Positions 56,265-64,000 of a DNA stretch of 64,000 nt are shown one piece after another. Origin of the DNA: a virus (taxonomy: Duplodnaviria > Caudoviricetes); IMG/VR virus record IMGVR_UViG_3300025011_000040, positions 2,012 to 66,011 of that record. One strand, given 5' to 3'. Position numbers and translations under genes: made by a program. Every line of letters begins with the position of its first letter. Within the stretch, counting starts at the first letter, position 1. The notes under the pieces were generated by a model. That model saw nothing but the letters and a program-made list of their open reading frames with translations, was not told the origin of the DNA and did not search any database.

Positions 56265-57101
56265 ATGGCAGAGGATTTCGGGGCAAAGTTTGCCGCAGCG
56301 CTTCGGCATAAACTGAATCAAAAAACTAAAACCTTATCCGGGCAGAGAATCACGCAGCGACTTCTCGCCGACAAGACGGGACTATCGGTCCAATGGGTAA
56401 ACGCGATCATCCATGAGAGGGTAATAAAGGGGAAGGTTTCCAGGGCATCCAGGGAGGTAGAGCAGGATATAGCCGAGGTCTTTGGCTATTCGCACTCAGA
56501 GTTTATCCGGCTCGGAGAAATGGTTCTTGAAGGGCTCCCGGTCCAGAATGGCAAAACTGAAATACCGCTACTCCCGGCACCGCAGCGGATTGAAATAACA
56601 GGAGCACCCCCACAGGTTGCCAATGGTTTCGATACCATTTGTGCCGCCGCCACCACCCTCGCCGCAACCCTGCAAACATTGGCCAACCAGCAACGCAAAG
56701 AGCAAGAACGACTTGAGATGTGGAATGAGGTGTTTGAAATGCTGCCCAACCCCACACTGATAGTCCGAAATGGCATCATAGAGTTTCAAAACAAACTTTC
56801 GCTCATCTGGGGCAGAATTACCGGAGGACCACTTTGTGGGACGTGCCTTGATGACCAATGCGACGGAGACGACTGTAAGCTTAAAGAGGCCATGGAGACA
56901 CACCAGGAGACGAGGACATATAAATTTATCCGTGACGATTTTTACAAGCTGATCATTTCCCCGATGAGATATGGCGGGCTGGAATATTTTATCGTGTCGG
57001 CCACTGAAATAAACGAATGTTTTGAGGCGTTTAGAGACGAAGACAGGCGGAAGCACACAGAACGGCGGAAGAACCCGCAACCAAAAGGAGACGAGCAATG
57101 A
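56265..57101 (+). CDS. CI-position XRE-HTH repressor with C-terminal Cys-rich PAS-like domain
   Basis: ITQRLLADKTGLSVQWVNAII (HTH); WNEVFEMLPNPTLIVRNGIIEFQNK..LCGTCLDDQCDGDDCKLKEAMET..YKLIISPM..YFIVSATEINE (PAS-like); no S24 peptidase motif seen. Confidence 0.75.
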   Translation: MAEDFGAKFAAALRHKLNQKTKTLSGQRITQRLLADKTGLSVQWVNAIIHERVIKGKVSRASREVEQDIAEVFGYSHSEFIRLGEMVLEGLPVQNGKTEIPLLPAPQRIEITGAPPQVANGFDTICAAATTLAATLQTLANQQRKEQERLEMWNEVFEMLPNPTLIVRNGIIEFQNKLSLIWGRITGGPLCGTCLDDQCDGDDCKLKEAMETHQETRTYKFIRDDFYKLIISPMRYGGLEYFIVSATEINECFEAFRDEDRRKHTERRKNPQPKGDEQ

Positions 57102-57292
57102 AGAAACTAGCCACAGTAATCATCGTTATCGCAGCGTGGACATTTACAGCAGCATCTCTCTACGCCGACGCTCAATGTTACGGAGACTGTGCCTCGGAGC
57201 AAGGCCAGTGCATCGGTGATTGCCAAGGAGACGGCCAGTGCATAAACCGGTGTGGGGCCGCGCATGGCCGATGTGTTTCCCGGTGTGACTGA
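57098..57292 (+). CDS. Secreted cysteine-rich peptide
   Basis: AAGGAG RBS, ATGA coupling, Sec signal MKKLATVIIVIAAWTFTAASLYA, 41-aa mature part with Cx3Cx6Cx3Cx5Cx3Cx6Cx3C. Confidence 0.8.
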   Translation: MKKLATVIIVIAAWTFTAASLYADAQCYGDCASEQGQCIGDCQGDGQCINRCGAAHGRCVSRCD

Positions 57293-57298
57293 TTTTCC

Positions 57299-57646
57299 GT
57301 GAAGCAGACAATCGCCCAAAGGTTCGCCGCGCAGCTCAATAAAGCTTTGGCCGGCGAACCACACGGCCATCAGAAGGAAATGGCTGAGGCCATAGGCGTC
57401 ACCCCGTCGAGGCTGAACAATATCATCCGGGGCCGCCGCGGTGGTGACGAGGATCTGCGCCGGGAGATATGCAAATACCTTGGCCGGGATTATGAAGAGT
57501 TTCTGTTTGGCAGGGCTGGAATGGTTACCCGGGAGGATGACGAGCTGCAGGGGTTCATTGAATTGTATCGGCGGTACGGGTCAAGGGCATTCCTCGAGTC
57601 ATGTATCGACCGGCTCCGGGAGATAAAATCGGTGATTGAAAAATGA
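57299..57646 (+). CDS. XRE-family HTH regulator
   Basis: QKEMAEAIGVTPSRLNNIIRGRRGG..I...LG.DYEEFL; ATGA-coupled to the integrase. Confidence 0.8.
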   Translation: MKQTIAQRFAAQLNKALAGEPHGHQKEMAEAIGVTPSRLNNIIRGRRGGDEDLRREICKYLGRDYEEFLFGRAGMVTREDDELQGFIELYRRYGSRAFLESCIDRLREIKSVIEK

Positions 57647-58638
57647 GCGTCAGGCCGCACCCCACAAAAGCAGGCTGGTGGATCATAGATTTCTATCCGC
57701 AAGGCCGGAAAGGGAGGCGTGAGCGCATTGCCATGGAAGGCACGCAGGATCAGGCGTATTCCGCCGAAAGGGGCGCCCGCCTGGAAAGCAGGGCCGCCGC
57801 GCCGATAAACCTTTTTCCCCGCATGTCGGAAACCATACCTGAATTTATGGTCTGGTATGGCCTCGACCACCAGCCGGCCGGGACGGAGCGCACGAATCGA
57901 TCCATTCAAAGATTACTGCCGCACTTCGGGGCTTTCCAGTACCCTTCCATCTCTGAGCAGATGATCGAGGCATATAAGGCCAGGCGGATACGGGAAGTGA
58001 AGCCGACGACGATCAACAAGGAACTCGCGGCCCTCAGCAAGCTCCTAAAATGGGCCAAGAAGCGTGGCTACTGCCAGAAGGTGCCGACGGTCGAGCGGTT
58101 CCCTGAAAAGATGGTCCGGGCACCATTGCCATACATCCCGCCGCAAGAGGATATCGAGCGATTGATTGAGGCGATACCCTGGCCGAAACAGGGTATCTTT
58201 TGCTGCATGTACTATGGCGGATTGCGGAAAGGCGAGGCATGCACGTTGAGAGCCGAGGACGTGAATATCGAGCAGCGAACGATGTACGTCCGGGGGAAAG
58301 GTGGTCGACCTGAAATGGTGCCGTTGCTGAAATACTTGGTGCCGGTCCTCGAAAGACGGCTGAAAGAGGTCCGTGAAGGTTATCTGTGGGCTACGCCGGG
58401 ATCGAGCAGGGTATTGACCGACCTGCGGGAGATAATTGAGTGGGGATGCAAGCGGGCGGGGATTACTACACACATTACCCCGCACTCGTTGCGCCATGCT
58501 TTCGGAATCAGGGCTGTCACGGCTGGGGTGCATCTGCGAACGATTCAGCTTATCCTGCGGCACTCGTCAAGCAAGGTCACGGAGGTGTACACCCGCCTAG
58601 CCACATCGCAAATCCTTGCAGATGTGGATAAATTTTAA
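57643..58638 (+). CDS. int: Tyrosine integrase
   Basis: PTTINKELAAL; catalytic GLRKGE, RGKGG, HSLRH, LRHSS, TEVYT. Confidence 0.93.
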   Translation: MSVRPHPTKAGWWIIDFYPQGRKGRRERIAMEGTQDQAYSAERGARLESRAAAPINLFPRMSETIPEFMVWYGLDHQPAGTERTNRSIQRLLPHFGAFQYPSISEQMIEAYKARRIREVKPTTINKELAALSKLLKWAKKRGYCQKVPTVERFPEKMVRAPLPYIPPQEDIERLIEAIPWPKQGIFCCMYYGGLRKGEACTLRAEDVNIEQRTMYVRGKGGRPEMVPLLKYLVPVLERRLKEVREGYLWATPGSSRVLTDLREIIEWGCKRAGITTHITPHSLRHAFGIRAVTAGVHLRTIQLILRHSSSKVTEVYTRLATSQILADVDKF

Positions 58639-58688
58639 TAGCAATGTTGGTCTGTGCTCCCGCCATTGCTATTTGCCCTCACGGAAAG

Positions 58689-58943
58689 TCATCGGTCGAG
58701 ATGCCGCCCGAGGTGCTTATCAATAATGTCGGCCAAGTGGAGATCGTCGCTCCATTCATTATCCCCGCAGTCTCGGCATAGATCACGCAAAGCGCCAATA
58801 GCCTCTTCGCGCTCTGCTAAGAGTTGAGCAACTTTTTTCTCAAGTTCCTCGGGTTCTGTTTCTACATCCAGATTTTGCATACAATGGAGCATCATGAATC
58901 TGTATGCGCTTCTGGAGCCTCTTGTGTAATCTTCTTCGCTCAT
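58689..58943 (-). CDS. Hypothetical protein
   Basis: GGAGG RBS; LRDLCRDCGDNEWSDDLHLADIIDKHL. Confidence 0.6.
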   Translation of the reverse strand: MSEEDYTRGSRSAYRFMMLHCMQNLDVETEPEELEKKVAQLLAEREEAIGALRDLCRDCGDNEWSDDLHLADIIDKHLGRHLDR

Positions 58944-58961
58944 ATTCCCTCCTATATATGC

Positions 58962-59300
58962 TTAGTCGTACAAGCTGAAACAATCACGGCAAAGGGCGTG
59001 TGCCTTTCTCGGATGGTCTTTAGGAACCCATAATTCCTTTTTGAGAAACCTTCCGCAGTCGTGGCATTTATTGTGATATTCGATTTCGGATCCCCAAGGC
59101 TTTTTTTGCTTCATCTCGTCATCAACAAGCTCTTTCAGTTGCTTTATTTTGTCGCCCACCCTCTCTGCGCTGTCCTCAAAACTACTGACACACTCAAGTC
59201 CGTCAAACATCCTGAAGACGCTGAAATAGAGAAGATCCCAGCCGCCTAAACACTTTCCCCGGTTGGCCTCTATGGCGTGCCCTCTGTATTGAACCTTCAT
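58962..59300 (-). CDS. Hypothetical protein with C-terminal zinc finger
   Basis: CHDCG...LCRDC. Confidence 0.55.
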   Translation of the reverse strand: MKVQYRGHAIEANRGKCLGGWDLLYFSVFRMFDGLECVSSFEDSAERVGDKIKQLKELVDDEMKQKKPWGSEIEYHNKCHDCGRFLKKELWVPKDHPRKAHALCRDCFSLYD

Positions 59301-59489
59301 ATGCTCTATTCCTCCCCATGCGCTTCAAGATAAGCCTTCCTGACCGCCTCAAGCACGGCAAGGCTTTTGTTTTCCCACTTTACCAACGAGAGATATTGAG
59401 CAAAGAGTTTGATCAACTTGGCTTCCTCTTCTCTCTTAAACGCTGCAATGGCGCATATTTCTAATTCTTCCATATTGTTCCTCCTTCAG

Positions 59490-59798
59490 CTAACCCCTGG
59501 CGGAAAGAACCTTGCCAAGTTTTATCTCAAAGACAGGCCCTTCCAGAACTTCCCCGTTCGCTGTTTGCGGGACAAAATCTACCCAATCGCACCCGAGGTA
59601 TTCGACCCGCATAAACGGAGATGTTTTTGAATATCCATTGCGAAACCATATCTCGTCGTAATGCTTTTGTTTGCCATCGTTTTCCATCAAACGAGTGGCC
59701 CAATATGGCTTGTCATCACGATACTCGACTGTCTTCTTGCCGCAGGCTATGAGGTCGAACCATTTCTTTTTCAGCGTTAGGTGTAGAATTTTTGGCAT
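59490..59798 (-). CDS. ASCH-domain protein
   Basis: LHLTLKKKWFDLIACGKKTVEYR..YW..RL..FRNGY. Confidence 0.8.
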   Translation of the reverse strand: MPKILHLTLKKKWFDLIACGKKTVEYRDDKPYWATRLMENDGKQKHYDEIWFRNGYSKTSPFMRVEYLGCDWVDFVPQTANGEVLEGPVFEIKLGKVLSARG

Positions 59799-59801
59799 GG
59801 T

Positions 59802-60179
59802 CTATTCCTCCTGTAAATCCTTCAAGCACCTATCACCCAAGAAGGCCACTCGCCGCTTTGCAGCCCCGTACCGCTGCCTTGCCTGCTTCCGTTCCTGCAC
59901 CGCATGGTGAGCAGACAAGCAGTGTTGGCAAACTCCAGCCAGATATTCTGCTGGGTCGCCATCGTGGTTTGCATGATACACACCATTCTCATCGTTCGAG
60001 AGCGCATACGCCATTTTCAGGTGCTCGACTGGATTCGATAGGTGCCAACAATCAGGGTCCAGCTTATCGTATTGATCATCGGCACACGCGGCAAGAGCAT
60101 CTCCTATCTTCTTGCTGGCTGTTCCCACTGCCGCCCTAGCCCGAGCGTATTCTATGCACGCTGTTTTGTATTTTTCCAC
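59802..60179 (-). CDS. Hypothetical protein (probable GTG start)
   Basis: GGAGG upstream of GTG-EKYKTAC; CQHC and RK.AR..YGAAKR. Confidence 0.5.
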   Translation of the reverse strand: MEKYKTACIEYARARAAVGTASKKIGDALAACADDQYDKLDPDCWHLSNPVEHLKMAYALSNDENGVYHANHDGDPAEYLAGVCQHCLSAHHAVQERKQARQRYGAAKRRVAFLGDRCLKDLQEE

Positions 60180-60217
60180 AGGTTCAATTCCTCCCGTTGA
60201 ATTAACCTTCCCATACC

Positions 60218-60260
60218 AAAATACTACTTGACGCCGCGCAACGATGCAAGTATTATTTTT
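60218..60260. promoter_or_regulatory. Fully overlapping divergent sigma70 promoters within a dyad
   Basis: Plus strand TTGACG-17-TATTAT; minus strand TTGCAT-17-TAGTAT; arms AAAATACTACTTG / CAAGTATTATTTT. Confidence 0.6.
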
Positions 60261-60285
60261 CCATACAGTAATAAAAAGGAGACAC

Positions 60286-60450
60286 ATGAAAAAACCAATT
60301 ACACTAAAAGAATGTATGGAATGTTGCTGCCAGCGCTGCGGCCATATCTGGACCGCTAAGGGGAAGACTGTGCCGAAGGTGTGTGCCAACCCTGCATGTC
60401 ACTCGCCGCACTGGCAAAAGGCTAAGAAGGAGAAGAGGGAGAAGGGATGA
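60286..60450 (+). CDS. Small zinc-ribbon protein
   Basis: AAGGAG RBS; CQRCGHIW..PKVC..C.SPHW. Confidence 0.65.
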   Translation: MKKPITLKECMECCCQRCGHIWTAKGKTVPKVCANPACHSPHWQKAKKEKREKG

Positions 60451-60773
60451 CGACGAAAGAAAAGATCGTCCGCCAGGCAATCGCCAAGGTTAAGAAAGAA
60501 GTAAAGGAGATAGATTTTCTTTTGTCTGCCAACCCGCTCGGAAGGATATGCGAAATAAGGATTGAGGCCCAAAAAATACTGCAACAACACGGCGACGATC
60601 ATGCAACTATCCTAAAACTAATAAAACCTCTCGGGGAAGAAGAAAAGCGGATGTTTGCCCTGTGCGAAAAGCAGAAGAATACAATCGCCCTATGTGATAG
60701 AAAATGCGCCTTAGAGTTTGAACTATACGACCTTGGGCTCGAGATGTACTATATTGAACAGGGCCGAAGGTAA
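60447..60773 (+). CDS. Hypothetical protein
   Basis: ATGA-coupled helical ORF. Confidence 0.5.
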   Translation: MTTKEKIVRQAIAKVKKEVKEIDFLLSANPLGRICEIRIEAQKILQQHGDDHATILKLIKPLGEEEKRMFALCEKQKNTIALCDRKCALEFELYDLGLEMYYIEQGRR

Positions 60774-60859
60774 TTCAGCGTACAATATGCGTGAACGTTC
60801 TAGAATAAGTTGCGGGACGCTGCTTTGAAGATGATGGTTGAGATTCGGGGAGGGATGAA

Positions 60860-61144
60860 ATGATGGATCTGGAAGAATATATTCTACGAGAAAAGGAAAT
60901 CCGCAAAGAAGCTGACGACAAGCTGCGCGAGTTGGCAAGAGAATATGCTTTCAGCAATAGTTCGGTCAAAGTTGGCGATATTGTCGCTGACCATTTTTGC
61001 AAAATCCGCGTGGAGAAAATTCGCCTGTGGTTCGATAGAAGAGCACCGAGTTGTCTCTATGAGGGTCCAGAGTTGCGAAAGGATTTAACTCCCCGGAAAG
61101 ACGGTCGCACGGCTACTGTTTTCCAATCAAACATAAAACCTTGA
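60860..61144 (+). CDS. Hypothetical phage protein
   Basis: GGAGG RBS; VKVGDIV..LRKDLTPRKDG. Confidence 0.55.
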   Translation: MMDLEEYILREKEIRKEADDKLRELAREYAFSNSSVKVGDIVADHFCKIRVEKIRLWFDRRAPSCLYEGPELRKDLTPRKDGRTATVFQSNIKP

Positions 61145-61335
61145 CTACAGTAGTCACTGCAGATTTTCACGAAAGCCTGATTTTAGCCGATCTATAAATA
61201 CACCCTCGGGACTTAAAATCCCGTTGCCTTTTGGCAGTACGAGTTCGATTCTCGTCTCAGGCACCAAATAAAACAGGCGGTTAGGAGTGAAATTCTAACC
61301 GCCTTCTCTTTTGGCTGTTGACTACATTTGACTAC
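61141..61335 (+). other. attP: 3' part of tRNA-Leu(UAA) with flanking arm-type repeats
   Basis: 61207-61266 CGGGA-CTTAAAA-TCCCG, long variable arm, ACGAGTTCGATTCTCGT, CTCAGGC-A-CCA, with no 5' acceptor or D arm; TGACTAC repeats at 61142-61156 (inverted pair) and 61319-61335 (direct pair). Confidence 0.85.
61275..61312 (+). terminator. Intrinsic terminator downstream of the tRNA fragment
   Basis: AGGCGGTTAG..CTAACCGCCT stem followed by TCTCTTTT. Confidence 0.75.
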
Positions 61336-61364
61336 GATGGGGAATGGTAGATACTAATTTCATA

Positions 61365-63368
61365 TTAATCAGCAGTGGTCACGCTCATAATAGGTTTGCT
61401 GCCCCACATTTTGCGGACTGCTGGTTCATCACACGCAGGGCAACTCCCGCCGCAGTCTATCCCCGTCTCGTCACCATTTTGGGTGAGGTCCGAGCATGTT
61501 GGCTCGGGAGCGCCCTCCCCATACAGAAACGCACCGATATCATACAGAGCAATCCGTACCGCTCCGGCAAAATCATCATAAACTGGAACTGCTGCCCCCT
61601 GGTCGATGGCCTCTATTGCTGATGCAGTGAGGGAGAAATCACGGAGGAGCGGATTGGAGTTATCTGGGTCTGCAAAGTATGGGGTAGTAGTCATCACATT
61701 GTTGCTTGATTCGGCACTACCTGAATTATCATCTATCAAAGTCTTTGGTCCAGTCACATCCGGGAATGAAACATAATTATTTCTTACAATTGTATCGGTA
61801 GCGTCAGCATGAATTATGATACCAGTATGAGCATATTCTGTTGTGCTGCCGCCTGGCCTGCGGTAAATGGTATTATTGTATATCCTGTTTGATTGAGGTG
61901 CCCACTCAACCCCCCAATGAATTATCTCGATTCCAGTCGCGCCCTGATTACCACCTGTCGAATCTGTGATATTATTTCTGATGGTCCCGTATCTGCCGCT
62001 GAAATGTAGCTGGGCTTGGCATAGAAAAGAACTGTTTTCGCCATACTGCGCTAAAATTTTGTTCCTCTCAAATATTACATCACTTACCCGCTCGTCCCTG
62101 CCGCTATCTTGTGGCCCTATCGAAACAGGCCAGGGGCCGGAAGCGCCAAAAACATTATCCGAGATAACGACAAATCTTGTAAAATCCTTAACTCCTAGTT
62201 CCCCAGTTGTGGCAAAATCTCCGACATAAGTCTTGCCATCACTCCCCTCTGGATCTGGCCAATATGCCGGGCCGTGGAGTTTCATTGCCTGGCGTCCTGT
62301 CCCGCTTACAAGACTTGTGCCAGAAACTAGATTATGACTGTACACCCCCTTAAAGGCCCATATCATCCTAGTTGCATGGGTCAGGTCGGAATTCTTTATC
62401 TCATTCCCGAGTATTGTTAAATTTTCAGAACCGATAAACAATCCATAATTGCGAAAATCTCTAATTCGGCAACTCGCGACGGATATATTGAGCAGTTGTT
62501 GAGCATCGCTGGCCCGGTAGGTGCTAACCCCCAGAGGATCGCCGTACCCAGTGATGTCAAGTTGCATCATCAGTATATCCCTGACATCTGCTATTCCGGT
62601 CGTGACTCCATACGCAGATGTAGTCCCTGCCGTGTCCTTGTAACCAACAAATTTAATATCACTCAATCTCCAATCGCGCTTAAACGTTAGAGTAAGGAAA
62701 GCTGGAGCGGACTGAGCGGAAGTAATAATCGGGGCATTACTGCATACCCCATATGCATCGGGTGTTGTGCATGTGCCATAGGCCCCAATAGACACAGGAC
62801 CGTTATTATTGGGAAATGAGATTGTACCTGTATGGTTCCAACTCGACCCCCTGTGCAATAATACTCTCTCCCCAGCGGCAGTATAACCAGCAAGAGCCGT
62901 CAGGTCATCCGTCTGGACATAGGTTGCACCGGCAGGACATCCTGAACTGTCATTGTGGGTTGTATCACTCACGCAAGTCGTCAATGCCCCAGCAAAAGCA
63001 GTGTTCGGGTCAGTGACGGTTATCTCAAAACTCTCTGCTAAACCAGCCACTACGCTTCCGGTTAAAGGATTAGTAACGGTAAGTACGGCGATGTAAACCC
63101 CTGGAGTCTCATAAATATGAGCAGTTGTCGGTCCTGATGCGGTGTTTTTGCTCTCCCCATCCGTGCCCCACGTCCCGCTCGTTGCATCCCCAAACGTCCA
63201 GGAATAGTGATACTCGCTCATTGTGGCATCACCACCAGTGAGATCGGCGGTAAAAAACACACTGAGCGGGGCAACGCCTGTTTCCCGGCTTGCCGCTGCA
63301 CTGTACTCGGCAGCTCCTGCTGTGGTATGCAGCAGAACACTTATTATAATTAGATAAATGTATCTCAT
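61365..63368 (-). CDS. Secreted PKD + beta-helix protein with Cys-rich tail
   Basis: Signal MRYIYLIIISVLLHTTAGA; PKD GVAPLSVFF..YSWTFGD..HIYETPGVY; beta-helix (VLLHRG, IGAYG, IRNN, IYNNT); DFSL..AIDQG..YDIGA; TCSDLTQNGDETGIDCGGSCPAC. Confidence 0.85.
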   Translation of the reverse strand: MRYIYLIIISVLLHTTAGAAEYSAAASRETGVAPLSVFFTADLTGGDATMSEYHYSWTFGDATSGTWGTDGESKNTASGPTTAHIYETPGVYIAVLTVTNPLTGSVVAGLAESFEITVTDPNTAFAGALTTCVSDTTHNDSSGCPAGATYVQTDDLTALAGYTAAGERVLLHRGSSWNHTGTISFPNNNGPVSIGAYGTCTTPDAYGVCSNAPIITSAQSAPAFLTLTFKRDWRLSDIKFVGYKDTAGTTSAYGVTTGIADVRDILMMQLDITGYGDPLGVSTYRASDAQQLLNISVASCRIRDFRNYGLFIGSENLTILGNEIKNSDLTHATRMIWAFKGVYSHNLVSGTSLVSGTGRQAMKLHGPAYWPDPEGSDGKTYVGDFATTGELGVKDFTRFVVISDNVFGASGPWPVSIGPQDSGRDERVSDVIFERNKILAQYGENSSFLCQAQLHFSGRYGTIRNNITDSTGGNQGATGIEIIHWGVEWAPQSNRIYNNTIYRRPGGSTTEYAHTGIIIHADATDTIVRNNYVSFPDVTGPKTLIDDNSGSAESSNNVMTTTPYFADPDNSNPLLRDFSLTASAIEAIDQGAAVPVYDDFAGAVRIALYDIGAFLYGEGAPEPTCSDLTQNGDETGIDCGGSCPACDEPAVRKMWGSKPIMSVTTAD

Positions 63369-64000
63369 GGGGTATCTATCCATATACGGCCAATCTCATA
63401 TTCAATAGCTGAGTCAGCAGTCGAATTACCATCTGCGGTTATCCCTGCATGAATGTATCGGCCAGAACTTGGCCCCCTAGTGAACGTGTTCTGCGTACCC
63501 CCGTCAACTTGCAAGTAACTACTGGCTGCGGTAGGGTCGAGATGGATTTTTACAGTGTGCCATGCCCCCGTTGTAACAGGTACCCACGCTGAGTTAGCCG
63601 ACGCCCTTGCTCTCATCTTAGGCACACCGCTTTCTCTTGACACATCCAGATAGGCGACCAACGGAAGCACTGCGGGATTCGAGGTTTCAGAAAATTGCAG
63701 GACGTGGAACAATTTATAGTCGGCTGGGAGGGTCGATGAAATCAGCCGGAACTCCATATACACATCTATCGCATTTGTGTTCGCGATAGCTGCACCTAGA
63801 TCGTGTGTAGTCGTGCTGACCGTCGCGCCGATTGCTGAATTTACATACAACCCCTCGGTGCATGATCCAACCGGGGGAGTGCCGCCGAGCGTCGCATCCT
63901 CATTGATAGCTACCGTACCGAGAACCTCCGACCATGTATTCTCATATCCTGCGCCAAGGAACCCCTCATTAAACGTGTCTCCTGTGGTTGGAGTGGTGCA
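63365..64000 (-). CDS. C-terminal beta-sandwich domain of a protein entering from the right edge
   Basis: Frame open from 64000 (CTTPTTGDTFNEGFLGAGYENTWSEV..) to TGA 63365; AWHTVKIHL..LQVDG is lectin/LamG-like. Confidence 0.65.
   Translation of the reverse strand, partial: CTTPTTGDTFNEGFLGAGYENTWSEVLGTVAINEDATLGGTPPVGSCTEGLYVNSAIGATVSTTTHDLGAAIANTNAIDVYMEFRLISSTLPADYKLFHVLQFSETSNPAVLPLVAYLDVSRESGVPKMRARASANSAWVPVTTGAWHTVKIHLDPTAASSYLQVDGGTQNTFTRGPSSGRYIHAGITADGNSTADSAIEYEIGRIWIDTP

Noticed and set aside
61207-61266. Functional phage tRNA-Leu
   Set aside because: The 5' acceptor strand and D arm are missing; it fits an attP core.
1-64000. Diversity-generating retroelement or retron
   Set aside because: No reverse transcriptase motif and no template/variable repeat pair were seen.

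Overview
The window is almost a whole temperate, short-tailed (podovirus-like) dsDNA phage genome, apparently in excised or circularly permuted form: an attP carrying the 3' part of tRNA-Leu(UAA) at ~61.2 kb has phage genes on both sides, and both window edges fall inside minus-strand late-region ORFs. The minus-strand late region (41.4 kb down to 1, resuming at 64 kb down to 61.4 kb) encodes TerS, TerL with an Ala1/WCT class-3 intein, a P22-like portal, scaffold, an N4-gp56/DUF4043-like capsid, tail proteins, a 3684-aa polyvalent protein (MTase, metallopeptidase-like, ART-like domains), holin-like proteins and several signal-peptide-bearing beta-helix proteins. The early region (43-56 kb) holds replication, recombination, Rha/KilAC, PAPS-reductase-like and Cro-like genes. 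Strongest novelty candidates: (1) an immunity operon of an HTH repressor with a Cys-rich PAS-like domain, a secreted 8-Cys peptide, a second HTH and the integrase; (2) a 213-nt tRNA-like RNA whose anticodon arm is replaced by a structured insert; (3) divergent extra copies of the phage's own virion proteins. All family names come from motif recognition by eye; no searches were run, and the host is not determined.
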